Assembly: GCA_043797125.1 (NCBI GenBank)
Contig: JAZDPX010000017.1
Coordinates: 23,340-87,339, forward strand
Source of the DNA: Candidatus Omnitrophota bacterium
Lineage (GTDB): Bacteria > Omnitrophota > Gorgyraeia > JABMRG01 > JAFGKX01
DNA: 64,000 bases
Direction of reading: 5' to 3'
The notes under the pieces: model-generated
Databases searched by the model: none
What the model was told of the DNA's origin: nothing
The model's input: the letters and a program-made list of their open reading frames with translations, nothing else
Translations under genes and position numbers: made by a program
Shown here: positions 54,851 through 64,000 of the stretch, one piece after another
Position numbering within the stretch: the first letter of the stretch is position 1
How the letters are laid out: each line of letters starts with the position of its first letter

Positions 54851-56449
54851 ATGGGATTATTCCGGTATATCCAAAGAATTTCTTTGCGTAGGAAGTGGCT
54901 CCCCTTTCTAATAATACTTCCTTTTTTTGTGCCTATTCAGAGCGCAAGGCCTCAATATAAAATCATGCTGGATATCAAACTTGACCCGCCTAAGTATATA
55001 CAAACTAACCAAGAACGCATAAAATGGATAGACCAACAGATAGACTCACTTACAAACGAGTTTGGCGAAAAACAACTCCCTTTAATAAAAGAGCAGCTTT
55101 TCATCTTTCTCGGGGCAAATAATACGCTGAAAGTTGAAATAACCAGTTTCCAGCAGCAAAACCTTAAACTTGCTGTTAATAAGATAGTGTCTACTTATAT
55201 GGATAAGGCGAATAACCGCGAACAGGCGGTTCAGTTTAAGACATATGAATCAAGAAAGAGCGACCTTGATCTGCTAAGCGATAAACTCGCAAAGGCGCAA
55301 TCTCAGGCGCAGGCCTGCGCAACCGCATTAACAGACTTTCAGAAACAGAAAATTGCGGATAATACGCCGCAAATAACAAAAGAACTTGATAATATCAAGG
55401 TAAAGCTTTCAAGCATGCAGGCAGTATATACTGTTGAACACCCAATGATAAAGGATATACTCATACAAGCTGGGCAAAAAGAGGCGCAGCTGGCTGCTGC
55501 TACAGCTGAGTTGGCCAAACAGCAGCAAAATGAGAACAAATTAAGCGAGGCCAGCAAAAATACAAACAAGGTAGCAACCGATCTCTTAAACGATTATGAT
55601 GCGTTGAAAAAAGAAACAATCATGCCGACACTGCAGGACCAAAATGTTGCAGCAATAGTAAATGAACCGCTTGTTACCTCCTTGGCTGACCCTAAAGCAA
55701 AAATGGCAGACCTTTCATCCAAACTGCTGGTAGGGCTGTTGGCTGCATTTTTGCTGGGCTATGTTACAGAGGCATCTGATAAAACCGTCTGGAATGAAAG
55801 CGAAATAAAAAAAGACCTCGGCATAAGAACGCTTGGGACTATTGCGGCAGTAAAAACTGGAAATATTGCAACAAGGCTGCTTATAGACTGCGATAAAAAC
55901 TCTGAGATTGTCAGGTCTTTTGAGTCTTTTCGCTCAAATATACAATTTATAAATCTTGCCATCACGCTGAAGACAATATTATATTCTTCGTTGTTAAACA
56001 AAAACGTGGATTTTTTAGCAGGAAATCTGGCAATATCAATGACCATGATTGGCGGCAGGGTCGGGCTACTTAATATAAGCCGCGCCCCATTAAAATACGA
56101 GAAATTGCTTTTACCGCCTTCTGAGGAAAACCTCCAATCTACAAAAGGCGAATTGGATTTTGCTGACACTAAAGTAAAAAATCTTAAAATTTTAGCTTTA
56201 ACAAATACTGATATTTTTGATAAGCAAAAGGCGCAAGAACTGTTTGCAGGCATAGAAGATAAGTTTGACGTACTTATCATTGACGCACCCGCTGTCACGG
56301 ATTCCGTTGGTACTGCCGCCCTGGCGTCTATAAGCGACGGCGTGATTCTAGGAGCGCAAGCTAAACAGACGCAAAGAGACTTTATATCGAGAAACTATAA
56401 AATACTAAATGAAATTAATACCAGAGTGCTGGGAGTAATAGTGCAATGA
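54851..56449 (+). CDS. Wzz/Wzc-like polysaccharide co-polymerase-family protein with a degenerate (P-loop-less) kinase-like C-terminal domain.
   Basis: Two TM segments flank a coiled-coil periplasmic region. BY-kinase entry motif 'IVRSFESFRSNIQF'. 'DVLIIDAPA' Walker-B-like. No GK[ST] Walker A and no Tyr cluster. Confidence 0.45.
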   Translation: MGLFRYIQRISLRRKWLPFLIILPFFVPIQSARPQYKIMLDIKLDPPKYIQTNQERIKWIDQQIDSLTNEFGEKQLPLIKEQLFIFLGANNTLKVEITSFQQQNLKLAVNKIVSTYMDKANNREQAVQFKTYESRKSDLDLLSDKLAKAQSQAQACATALTDFQKQKIADNTPQITKELDNIKVKLSSMQAVYTVEHPMIKDILIQAGQKEAQLAAATAELAKQQQNENKLSEASKNTNKVATDLLNDYDALKKETIMPTLQDQNVAAIVNEPLVTSLADPKAKMADLSSKLLVGLLAAFLLGYVTEASDKTVWNESEIKKDLGIRTLGTIAAVKTGNIATRLLIDCDKNSEIVRSFESFRSNIQFINLAITLKTILYSSLLNKNVDFLAGNLAISMTMIGGRVGLLNISRAPLKYEKLLLPPSEENLQSTKGELDFADTKVKNLKILALTNTDIFDKQKAQELFAGIEDKFDVLIIDAPAVTDSVGTAALASISDGVILGAQAKQTQRDFISRNYKILNEINTRVLGVIVQ

Positions 56450-58164
56450 AAAAAAGTTTTGCAGAAAAGTTAGTCGATATATTGAAAAAAAGCGGGTTGG
56501 TAAACGAAAAAGACCTCAATGAAGCTATTGAGAAGCAAAAAAAGGCCGGCAGCAATATCGCAAAAATTCTCATAGATAAAGGCATTATCAGCCAAAAGGA
56601 TTTAGCCGCGCTTTTAAGTTCGGAGTTAAACATCCCTGTGCTGAATTTATCGAGGTTTAAGATTGACCCAAAGATTGTGAAGATGGTCCCTGAAAAGACA
56701 GCCCGCCAATATGTTATAATACCGACCTCAAAAATAGGAAACAACCTGACGGTCTGTATGGCAGACCCGCTGAATGTCCTTGCGATAGACGATATAAAGG
56801 CCCTTACAGATTTTAAGATTGATATAGTTTTAAGCACGGAAAAGGAGATCCAGGACGCTATAAACAATTATTATACTACCGACACATCACAGCTATCTGA
56901 TATTTTGCAGCAGGTTTCAAGCGTCGATGACGCAGACTCCGTAGAAATAACAAAGGATGAAGATGTCGGCGTGGTCAATATCGAAGAAATGGCCCAAAAG
57001 AGCAAAATAACCCCTATAGTAAAAGTGGTAAATCTGATGCTCAGCGAGGCCCTGGAAAAACGCGCAAGCGATATACATATAGAGCCGCAGGAACATCATT
57101 TGCGCATAAGGTACAGAATTGACGGGAATATGTGCGAGGCATTTCAGATTCCTAAAAAGGACCAAAGCGCGATACTTGCAAGGTTGAAAATAATGTCCGG
57201 GCTTGACATAACGCAGTGGCGGCTTCCTCAGGACGGCAGGTTCAGGGTTACAATGCGCGAAAAGGAAATAGATTTTCGCGTATCAGTATTACCCCTGACG
57301 CACGGCGGAAAAATAGTCCTAAGGGCGTTAGATAAATCAGGCTTAAGCCTTGGGCTTGAAAGGCTTGGCTTTTTGCCGGAAACACTTAACATACTTAATG
57401 ATGCTGTTTCGCGGCCATATGGCATGATATTAATAACAGGGCCTACGGGAAGCGGAAAATCCACAACGCTTTATTCTCTGTTAACCAGGCTTAACAAGCC
57501 GGACAAAAATATTGTCACAATTGAGGACCCTGTGGAGTATCAGATAGAAGGAATGACGCAGATGCAGGTTAATCCCGATATAAAACTTAACTTTGCCGAT
57601 GGTTTACGCGCTGTGTTAAGGCAAAGCCCCGACATAGTCCTTATAGGCGAAATAAGAGATTTTGAAACAGCTGATATTTCAATTAAGGCATCATTAACAG
57701 GGCAGCTGTTACTTAGCACTCTGCACACAAACGACGCAGTAGGCTCAATTACAAGGCTTGTTGATATGGGTGTTGAGCCGTTCTTGGTTGCATCCAGCCT
57801 TATTGCTGTCGCGGCGCAAAGGCTTTGCAGGAAGATCTGCGCTAATTGCAAAGAGCCGGTAGAAATCCCTGCGGCTGTCTTCGAGCGGCTTAATCTAGGT
57901 TCTGATTTAAAAAAACGCCAGTATTATCACGGAAAGGGCTGCAGCAAATGCAACTCTACCGGATATTACGGAAGAATGGCTACGATGGAGATGTTTATAC
58001 TTGATGACGACATGAAACAAATGATAATCAAACGCACATCGGAGGATGAAATAAAGGAACACCTGAAGAGAAAAGGAATGAGTTTTTTAAAAGACCTTGC
58101 AGTTAAAAACTGGGCAGCGGGACAGACAACGCTCGAGGAAGTTTTAAGGATTACGACCGAATAA
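56446..58164 (+). CDS. Type IV pilus / T2SS assembly ATPase (PilB/GspE/MshE family), copy 2.
   Basis: Walker A 'GPTGSGKSTT', 'LIGEIRD', tetracysteine motif. Confidence 0.85.
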   Translation: MKKSFAEKLVDILKKSGLVNEKDLNEAIEKQKKAGSNIAKILIDKGIISQKDLAALLSSELNIPVLNLSRFKIDPKIVKMVPEKTARQYVIIPTSKIGNNLTVCMADPLNVLAIDDIKALTDFKIDIVLSTEKEIQDAINNYYTTDTSQLSDILQQVSSVDDADSVEITKDEDVGVVNIEEMAQKSKITPIVKVVNLMLSEALEKRASDIHIEPQEHHLRIRYRIDGNMCEAFQIPKKDQSAILARLKIMSGLDITQWRLPQDGRFRVTMREKEIDFRVSVLPLTHGGKIVLRALDKSGLSLGLERLGFLPETLNILNDAVSRPYGMILITGPTGSGKSTTLYSLLTRLNKPDKNIVTIEDPVEYQIEGMTQMQVNPDIKLNFADGLRAVLRQSPDIVLIGEIRDFETADISIKASLTGQLLLSTLHTNDAVGSITRLVDMGVEPFLVASSLIAVAAQRLCRKICANCKEPVEIPAAVFERLNLGSDLKKRQYYHGKGCSKCNSTGYYGRMATMEMFILDDDMKQMIIKRTSEDEIKEHLKRKGMSFLKDLAVKNWAAGQTTLEEVLRITTE

Positions 58165-58179
58165 AAGTTATCCACAATC

Positions 58180-58205
58180 GTAGCGGAGCCTTAAGGCTCC
58201 GCTAC
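58180..58205. repeat. REP-like perfect palindrome GTAGCGGAGCCTTAAGGCTCCGCTAC.
   Basis: Self-complementary 26-mer. Confidence 0.6.
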
Positions 58206-58230
58206 TTGAAATAATTTATAGGAGATAATT

Positions 58231-59445
58231 ATGTCTAATTATAAATATACGGCTAAAAACAAAGATGGTAAGAGCCTGACTGGAAAAATCAACGCTCAAA
58301 GCAAGGAACAGGTCCTGGAAATTTTAAGAAAAGAAGACCTTATGCCTATTTCAATAGAACTGGCTAAGGGGTCTGTATTCGCCATCTCTATGGGCGAGAA
58401 AAAAGCAAAGGTAAAATTAGATGACCTTGCGATTTTCTCAAGGCAGCTTGCCACAATGGTTGAGGCGGGAATTCCTGTTGTCGGGGCATTAGACGCCTTG
58501 GTGGGCCAGATGGAAAACGCAAGCCTTCAAAAAATAATAGGCAAAGTAAGGGATGATGTAGAAGCGGGCTCAAGCCTTTCGCAGGCTTTAGCCAAACATT
58601 CGCGCGTGTTTGATCCTCTATATATAAATATGGTAAAGGCGGGAGAAACAAGCGGCATGCTCGATGAAATCCTAAACCGCCTGGCTTTATACCTTGAAAA
58701 AATTAACTCCCTGCAGCGTAAAATAAAGACAAGTATGGTGTATCCGGCTGTTGTTGTCTTCGTGGCTATATCTATAACCGTATTTCTCCTGGTAAAGGTT
58801 GTGCCTACTTTTAAGGGTATATTCGATATGCTTGGAGGCGCGCTTCCCTTACCTACTTTACTGCTTTTGTCAGTGAGCGATTTCGTAAGGAACTATTTTC
58901 TTCTTGGGATCGGGGGGGTGTTTGTGTTAATAATTTTCTTATCATGGTATGTTAAAACAGAAGTTGGCAGTTTCATGTTTGACGCCATGCTTCTTAGAAT
59001 GCCTGTATTTGGCCAGATCTTCAGGAAATTCAGTGTTGCAAAATTCAGCAGGACATTATCAACTTTGGTGCGCAGCGGAGTGCCAATTCTGGTAAGCTTA
59101 GACATAGTTGCCAAGACATGCGGCAATAAGGTCCTGGAAAGGGCTGTTCAGCATTCCATAAAAGCAATAAAAGACGGTAAAACTATTGCTGAACCCCTTG
59201 AACAGAGCAAGGTGCTGCCGTCCATGGCTATTAAAATGATTTCTGTAGGCGAACAGACAGGCGAATTGGAGAAGATGCTGACAAAAATAGCTGATTTTTA
59301 TGATGAGCAGGTGGATGCCGCTGTAAGTTCACTTGTAAGCATCATAGAACCTGTAATCATTGTGTTCTTAGGCATGGTTGTCGGAAGCATTGTTCTGGCT
59401 ATCTTCCTGCCTATCTTTAAGATAACAGAGCTATTGTCCGGATAA
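58231..59445 (+). CDS. pilC: PilC/GspF-family platform protein.
   Basis: Two T2SSF repeats, three TM segments. Confidence 0.8.
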   Translation: MSNYKYTAKNKDGKSLTGKINAQSKEQVLEILRKEDLMPISIELAKGSVFAISMGEKKAKVKLDDLAIFSRQLATMVEAGIPVVGALDALVGQMENASLQKIIGKVRDDVEAGSSLSQALAKHSRVFDPLYINMVKAGETSGMLDEILNRLALYLEKINSLQRKIKTSMVYPAVVVFVAISITVFLLVKVVPTFKGIFDMLGGALPLPTLLLLSVSDFVRNYFLLGIGGVFVLIIFLSWYVKTEVGSFMFDAMLLRMPVFGQIFRKFSVAKFSRTLSTLVRSGVPILVSLDIVAKTCGNKVLERAVQHSIKAIKDGKTIAEPLEQSKVLPSMAIKMISVGEQTGELEKMLTKIADFYDEQVDAAVSSLVSIIEPVIIVFLGMVVGSIVLAIFLPIFKITELLSG

Positions 59446-59460
59446 AATAAACATGGTATC

Positions 59461-59489
59461 TTGACAATGGCGCCCTTGTGTGCTACACT
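59461..59489 (+). promoter_or_regulatory. Sigma70 promoter: TTGACA, 17-nt spacer, TACACT. Drives the pilin gene.
   Basis: Read directly from the sequence. Confidence 0.45.
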
Positions 59490-59558
59490 TTAATTGTGAA
59501 GGCTTTATACATAACCTAAAAAAACGACCCATCCAGGGAAGGAAGGAGGTCAAAGAAA

Positions 59559-59978
59559 ATGAAAAAAGGAAAAAGAGGTTTTACGCTTGTGGAAATTATG
59601 ATAGTTGTAGCTATTATAGCCCTCTTGGCAGCAATTGCTATACCAAATCTGTTACGTGCAAGGCATAATTCTAATGAAGCTGCTGCGCAGGCATCGCTAA
59701 GAACCGTTAGTAGCGCATGTGAAAGCTATCTGGGTGCAAATGATGTGTACCCGGATTCGCTTGAGACACTAGCCGGCGAAACTCCTCCGTATATAGATGA
59801 TACGTTAGGAGGAGGCGAAAAGCAGGGGTATACTTTTGATTTTACTCTAGGTGATGATAACCTTACGTATACTTGTACTGCAACTCCGGTAACCTCTGGC
59901 GTGACAGGAACCAGAATATTTCAAGTTGATGAGAGCGGCGTAATAGCCGTCACAGCCGAAGAAGAGGAAGCGGAATAA
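59559..59978 (+). CDS. Type IV pilin (major pilin candidate).
   Basis: Prepilin leader 'MKKGKRGFTLVEIMIVVAIIALLAAIAIP'. RBS AAGGAGG. Confidence 0.85.
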   Translation: MKKGKRGFTLVEIMIVVAIIALLAAIAIPNLLRARHNSNEAAAQASLRTVSSACESYLGANDVYPDSLETLAGETPPYIDDTLGGGEKQGYTFDFTLGDDNLTYTCTATPVTSGVTGTRIFQVDESGVIAVTAEEEEAE

Positions 59979-60007
59979 TAATTTCGTAAGAGCGTAAATA
60001 AAGGCGA

Positions 60008-60040
60008 AAAGCCCCCCAAAAATTGGGGGGCTTTTTCATT
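60008..60040 (+). terminator. Rho-independent terminator.
   Basis: AAAAGCCCCCC-AAAAATT-GGGGGGCTTTTT. Confidence 0.75.
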
Positions 60041-60088
60041 GACTTTCCCTCTTTTATAATATAGACTTTATGTGAGGGGAAAATATAT

Positions 60089-60469
60089 ATGAAGATATCT
60101 AAAAGAGGATTTACACTAATAGAAGTAATGCTGGTAGCGGCGATTTTAGTAATTGCTTTATGCGGGGCGCTAGAGCTTTACAGCTACTGTTACGGCTTGT
60201 GCATACAAGCAGCGCATGTGACTTCCGCCATCGCGGAAAGCTATTCAAAAATGGAGGAAATCCGCAGGCATGATTTTGTTACAATAATTGATGCTTATAA
60301 CGGCGTGGAGTTTGACCTTACGCAGTTAACCGGAACAGGCGTTACTGCCGCAGGATATGTCGCTAACACGGACTCACAATTAATTGAGGTTACAATAGAT
60401 CTTAACTGGACAGAAAAGGCAAGCAGGGTTTCTACATATACATTAACGAGCTATATAGTAAATAAATAG
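60089..60469 (+). CDS. Prepilin-type pseudopilin / minor pilin.
   Basis: 'KRGFTLIEVMLVAAILVIAL'. Confidence 0.7.
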   Translation: MKISKRGFTLIEVMLVAAILVIALCGALELYSYCYGLCIQAAHVTSAIAESYSKMEEIRRHDFVTIIDAYNGVEFDLTQLTGTGVTAAGYVANTDSQLIEVTIDLNWTEKASRVSTYTLTSYIVNK

Positions 60470-60497
60470 TAATAGTTTAGCTGATGGAAGGCCTCCC

Positions 60498-60529
60498 GAC
60501 GTAGCGGAGGCTTAAGCCTCCGCTACGTC
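60498..60529. repeat. REP-like perfect palindrome GACGTAGCGGAGGCTTAAGCCTCCGCTACGTC.
   Basis: Self-complementary 32-mer. Confidence 0.6.
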
Positions 60530-60581
60530 CGAGTCGAGATACTTAGAATGGCTGAACTGTTACAATAAATAAGGATAAAAG

Positions 60582-61100
60582 ATGGATAAAAACGCAAATA
60601 AAGGTTTTACGCTTCTTGAAACAATGCTCGCGATTGCCATATTTACAATTATGTCAAGCGCTGTATTTCTGGTATTAACATCAGGGCATAATAGCTGGTT
60701 TTCAGGATCCGCGTATAGCGAAATTGAGGACGATATAAGAAAATCGATACAATGGATGACAAGGGAATTGCAGGAGGCAAGGTTATCATCTATAACAATA
60801 GATTCGGAAGATAACAGCGTAATAGATTTTGAAATGCCGGTGTCAGTTTCAGACGAAGGCACAATAACATGGCAAGGTATCAGATATTATTGGAACGAAG
60901 ATGAAAATCAGTTAATACGCCAGCTTACCGCAACAGGAGAAGAAAAGGTGCTGGCAAATAATATAGAAGTTCTCAGCTTTGAGCAGCCTGATTTAAATGA
61001 TCTCGGGGTTGTAAGGGTAACTGTTAGAGCGTTTACTAACGACTTAAAAGGACGAGAAATGCGCTCAAATGTAACTTTTGATGTTACATGCAGGAATTAA
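60582..61100 (+). CDS. Prepilin-type minor pilin.
   Basis: 'NKGFTLLETMLAIAIFTIMSSAVF'. Confidence 0.7.
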   Translation: MDKNANKGFTLLETMLAIAIFTIMSSAVFLVLTSGHNSWFSGSAYSEIEDDIRKSIQWMTRELQEARLSSITIDSEDNSVIDFEMPVSVSDEGTITWQGIRYYWNEDENQLIRQLTATGEEKVLANNIEVLSFEQPDLNDLGVVRVTVRAFTNDLKGREMRSNVTFDVTCRN

Positions 61101-61106
61101 AAAGGG

Positions 61107-62636
61107 GTGATTAAAATGTCTAAAATATTTAATCTTAAAGACAACAGAGGAATCATGCTGGTGGCCGCTTATCTTGTTGTTACTGTCCTCTTAATACTCG
61201 GGATAGCGTTTTTCTCGCGAGGCTATCACGAGAGCAAAATGGCGCTCAGGCATAAATATTCAACCCAGGCCTTGTGCCTTGCGGAAGCAGGCATAGAAAG
61301 GGCATTTTATGATTTAGACGAGGATTTTAATAACGATACTACTCCGAGCTGGGCAGACGGTGACATTAACGGTATCACCTGCGGGCCTGATGAAGATGCG
61401 TTTTATGCGCTATATGCCGCAACCGGTTTAGGTGAAGGCACATATCAGGTAATGCTGAGGAACATACCTGATGAGGAAGGCAGAATATGGGTCCAGTCAA
61501 CAGGCACAGCGCATAACATCACAAGGACTGTTCAGGTGTATTTAAGGGCGAATCGATTATGTGTCTGGGATAATGTAATATTTGCAGGTACAGGCGCTAC
61601 CGGCCAGGTAATTAACGGCAATGTTGATATACGCGGCTCTGTGCATATACTTGGCACAGACCTTGCAGATGGTGAATTTGCAATAGATATGTCAGGTGAC
61701 GGAGGTATAGGCAACAATTATGATAATATACCGGACGCATTAAAAAACAAGCTTCCTGATTTAGAGACAGAAGAATACAACGGCGAAGATGTGCAAACCC
61801 TGGATGCTACCTTGCGCGTTAAAAACGGCTTAGTAGGTTTAAGCGGCTCTTCTACAATAGGCGACGAAGATGAACCTTTAAACGAAATTAAGGAAACAAT
61901 GGATGGGGTTTATGTTACGGACGGATACGGCGGAACTCAGGACCCGCCGCTAATTTATTCTGATAACGGCAGAGACAATAGCTATGATTACGGAGATAAT
62001 TTCAGTTTCCCGACCTTAACCACAGGTGCATACGGCGGGTTTGACTCATACCAGGAATATTTTGAAAGTATTGCCTATTGTATTACTGATGCGGGAAAAT
62101 TAGCTCAACTTGCAAGCATTAATCCTACATCAACCTTTAATTACACAGACCCTGATGGAAAAGGCAGCATAAGCATGAATAACGGCCTTATGACTGTAAG
62201 CGGATGTATTTATATAGCCGGAGCATTTAATATAAATCAAGTAGTTGGCCATGTTGAGCATGGTGTAGATAGAACAACTGTCAATTACACAGGCACAGCA
62301 AGTATTCTTACTACAGAAGACATAGGTATAAACGCTAATTTTACAACCAGTGGCGATGATTCATTCCCAACAAATGTAATAGGTTTTATGACGCCGGGTG
62401 ATATAGTATGCAGCTCATCTCAAATTGATGTTACAGGCTTGTTTTACGCTGAAGGGTCAATTTCCGCAACACAGCAGACAGATGTCGCGGGAGTTTTTGT
62501 TTCTAATTATTTTGATATGGGCGCGCAGGTACCTAGTATTTTTCAGGTTCCTGAAGTTATAAATAATCTGCCGGATGGGCTTATCGGGTCTGATTCCACG
62601 TGGACCGTGGATGTCGTGTCTTGGCAGGAGCAATAG
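61107..62636 (+). CDS. Large (509 aa) pilus-associated protein, possibly PilX/PilY-like. Its N-terminal TM is non-canonical.
   Basis: N-terminal hydrophobic helix 'IMLVAAYLVVTVLLILGIAFFSR'. Gly/Thr/Asp-rich beta-type body. Confidence 0.4.
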   Translation: MIKMSKIFNLKDNRGIMLVAAYLVVTVLLILGIAFFSRGYHESKMALRHKYSTQALCLAEAGIERAFYDLDEDFNNDTTPSWADGDINGITCGPDEDAFYALYAATGLGEGTYQVMLRNIPDEEGRIWVQSTGTAHNITRTVQVYLRANRLCVWDNVIFAGTGATGQVINGNVDIRGSVHILGTDLADGEFAIDMSGDGGIGNNYDNIPDALKNKLPDLETEEYNGEDVQTLDATLRVKNGLVGLSGSSTIGDEDEPLNEIKETMDGVYVTDGYGGTQDPPLIYSDNGRDNSYDYGDNFSFPTLTTGAYGGFDSYQEYFESIAYCITDAGKLAQLASINPTSTFNYTDPDGKGSISMNNGLMTVSGCIYIAGAFNINQVVGHVEHGVDRTTVNYTGTASILTTEDIGINANFTTSGDDSFPTNVIGFMTPGDIVCSSSQIDVTGLFYAEGSISATQQTDVAGVFVSNYFDMGAQVPSIFQVPEVINNLPDGLIGSDSTWTVDVVSWQEQ

Positions 62637-62730
62637 TATGTATACACAGATTAGCGCAGATTAGAAAATACAAGATGATCGCAGATATCTGTGATCATCC
62701 CGCATCTTTTAATCTGTGATCATCTGCGCA
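62636..62730. repeat. ~100-nt dispersed palindromic element 'GTATGTATACACAGATTAGCGCAGAT...', copy 2.
   Basis: Matches 15140-15240. Internal inverted repeat GATGATCGCAGAT paired with ATCTGTGATCATC. Confidence 0.6.
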
Positions 62731-62869
62731 AAAAGTCGGTAAGATTTTGGCGTAATTTATCATGCCCCTTAAAAATTTAAGGGGTTTTTTATTGACTTTA
62801 ATCACTTTCTAATATAAAATGAATTTTGATATATGACTTATATATATTATAATTAAATAAACTAATACA

Positions 62870-63880
62870 ATGCAGGTTAATAAACTACTAAAGAAAAAAA
62901 GGCAGTTAAATTTAGGCATTGATATGGCAAGCGCTTTTATCAAGGCTGTTGTAATAGATACTTCCAAGCCCAAACCTGAATTGATATCATTCGCGTATGA
63001 ACCTGTTGGGACAGACAAGACTTCTGCCTTAAAAAGAGCGATAAATCAGCTTAAATTAACAAATACCGAAGCTGTAACCTCTATTTCAGGGCCTTCAGTC
63101 GCGGTAAGAATTATTGAAATGCCTCCGATGAACGACGGTGAATTAAAAAGCGCTGTTGCATTCGAAGCTGAGAAATACATACCTTATAAATTAGACGACG
63201 TTATTACAGACTGCGCAAGAATAGAAAACCTCCCCAACGGTAAAATAAGCGTATTGCTTGTAGCCGCTAAAAAATCTACAGTGACTGACGCGATACAGCT
63301 GTTAAGCTCTGCAGGTGTAACATTGCGCGCTGTTGATGTTGATTCATTCGCCGCCATGAGGACGCTTCTAAATTCCGAAAAAATTGAAGAAGGCACAACC
63401 TGCGCGCTTATTGATATAGGGGCAAGCTTAACGAATGTAAACATTATCAGAAACGGGATCTCTTATATCGCCAGAGACATACAAATAGGCGGTAACAATA
63501 TAACAACCGCTATTGCAGAAAGATTGAATTTAAAACAAGAGGCCGCGGAGGCCGCAAAAATTAAGCCGGGGGAACTCTTAAACGAAATTACGCCTATAGT
63601 CAAAGGCGTCCTTATAAACCTGTTAGATGAAATAAGACTTTCGTTTGATTTTTACGAGAACCGATTCGGTAAAAATATACAGAAGGTTTTTATTAGCGGC
63701 GGGTCATCTGTTTTAAGCGTGGGGCTGGACAATTTATTAAAAGAGATATTCAGCGGAGAAGTTCTTTTTTTGGACCCTTTTAACAATCTGGATATCTCGC
63801 CGGAAATAAATAAGCAGGCGCTTGAACCATTAAAGCCGTTCTTCGCAGTCGCGGTGGGGCTTGCCTTAAGGGAAAATTAG
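62870..63880 (+). CDS. pilM: PilM (actin-like pilus assembly ATPase).
   Basis: 'GIDMASAFIKAVVID' and a FtsA/PilM-like fold pattern. Followed by PilN. Confidence 0.7.
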   Translation: MQVNKLLKKKRQLNLGIDMASAFIKAVVIDTSKPKPELISFAYEPVGTDKTSALKRAINQLKLTNTEAVTSISGPSVAVRIIEMPPMNDGELKSAVAFEAEKYIPYKLDDVITDCARIENLPNGKISVLLVAAKKSTVTDAIQLLSSAGVTLRAVDVDSFAAMRTLLNSEKIEEGTTCALIDIGASLTNVNIIRNGISYIARDIQIGGNNITTAIAERLNLKQEAAEAAKIKPGELLNEITPIVKGVLINLLDEIRLSFDFYENRFGKNIQKVFISGGSSVLSVGLDNLLKEIFSGEVLFLDPFNNLDISPEINKQALEPLKPFFAVAVGLALREN

Positions 63881-63881
63881 T

Positions 63882-64000
63882 ATGATAGAAATTAATCTAC
63901 TGCCGGAAGAGCTAAGAAAAAATAAAAAACCAAAAAAAGAAGTCTTGAACCTTAAGTCTGCCAATCTGCCATGGAAAGCAATAGCAATAACGATTGCTGT
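63882..64000 (+). CDS. pilN: PilN, 3'-truncated by the window end.
   Basis: 'MIEINLLPEELRK', the hallmark INLLP motif. Confidence 0.7.
   Translation, partial: MIEINLLPEELRKNKKPKKEVLNLKSANLPWKAIAITIA

Noticed and set aside
60040-60088. Promoter for the pseudopilin gene at 60089.
   Set aside because: TTGACT is present but the spacing to any TATAAT-like hexamer is 10-16 nt with poor matches. It is too ambiguous to call.
1-64000. CRISPR array, integrase/transposase or prophage boundary.
   Set aside because: I looked for regularly spaced direct repeats and for IS, tyrosine-recombinase or HUH motifs. Only short palindromic REP-like units and two or three copy dispersed elements were found. No cas, tnp or int genes are present in the window.

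Overview
This is a 64 kb, low-GC (~40%) bacterial chromosomal segment. Genes are densely packed and almost all on the + strand; the gene content and the candidate-phylum-like large uncharacterised proteins are my inference, not a database result. In order, the window contains the following.

- Positions 26-4474: a lone giant (1482 aa) Upf1-like SF1 helicase with long uncharacterised N- and C-terminal extensions, possibly 5'-partial.
- Positions 4488-7696: a promoter, cobalamin riboswitch and attenuator in front of a BtuB-like TonB-dependent receptor and a TonB-like gene.
- Positions 7699-8155: a 530-nt GC-rich nested-palindrome region.
- Positions 8231-26650: a housekeeping block.
  - Ribosomal and peptidase genes: rpsU and a fused M16 peptidase.
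  - A polyamine module (agmatinase plus pyruvoyl arginine decarboxylase), then MEMO1, patatin and rmuC.
  - Shikimate and lipid genes: aroQ, pepP, efp, accB and accC.
  - An Asp23/AmaP pair, a PPi-dependent phosphofructokinase, and the ADP-heptose genes gmhA/hldE.
  - Thiamine genes thiE/thiC, and a PfkB kinase.
- Positions 26709-26782: tRNA-Gly(CCC).
- Positions 26946-33800: a translationally coupled NlpD-like M23 lipoprotein / AAA(DUF234) ATPase / YfcE phosphoesterase trio, then a divergent ThyA-like enzyme, a HIT protein, a dGTPase-like HD protein and a GAF-HD-GYP protein.
- Positions 33778-40522: a run of unknown secreted or membrane proteins, including a 1371-aa secreted giant.
- Positions 40631-50432: SPOR, CsaA-like, M50, aroB, GNAT, a second GAF-HD-GYP, a minus-strand ExeA/GspB-like pair, and several small unknowns.
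- Positions 50553-64000: a type IV pilus / MSHA-like locus.
  - A degenerate GGDEF sensor and a standalone GspE-N (MshEN-like) domain protein.
  - Two PilB-type ATPases, separated by a receiver domain and a degenerate Wzc-like protein.
  - PilC, a pilin, pseudopilins, PilM and a truncated PilN.

Several short dispersed intergenic repeat families are visible by eye: GTAG...CTTAAG...CTAC REP-like perfect palindromes (4 copies), a ~100-nt 'CACAGATTAGCACAGAT' element (2 full copies plus variants), a conserved ~60-nt hairpin/operator-like element upstream of both btuB and tRNA-Gly, and AT-rich palindromes. No CRISPR array, integrase or transposase was seen.
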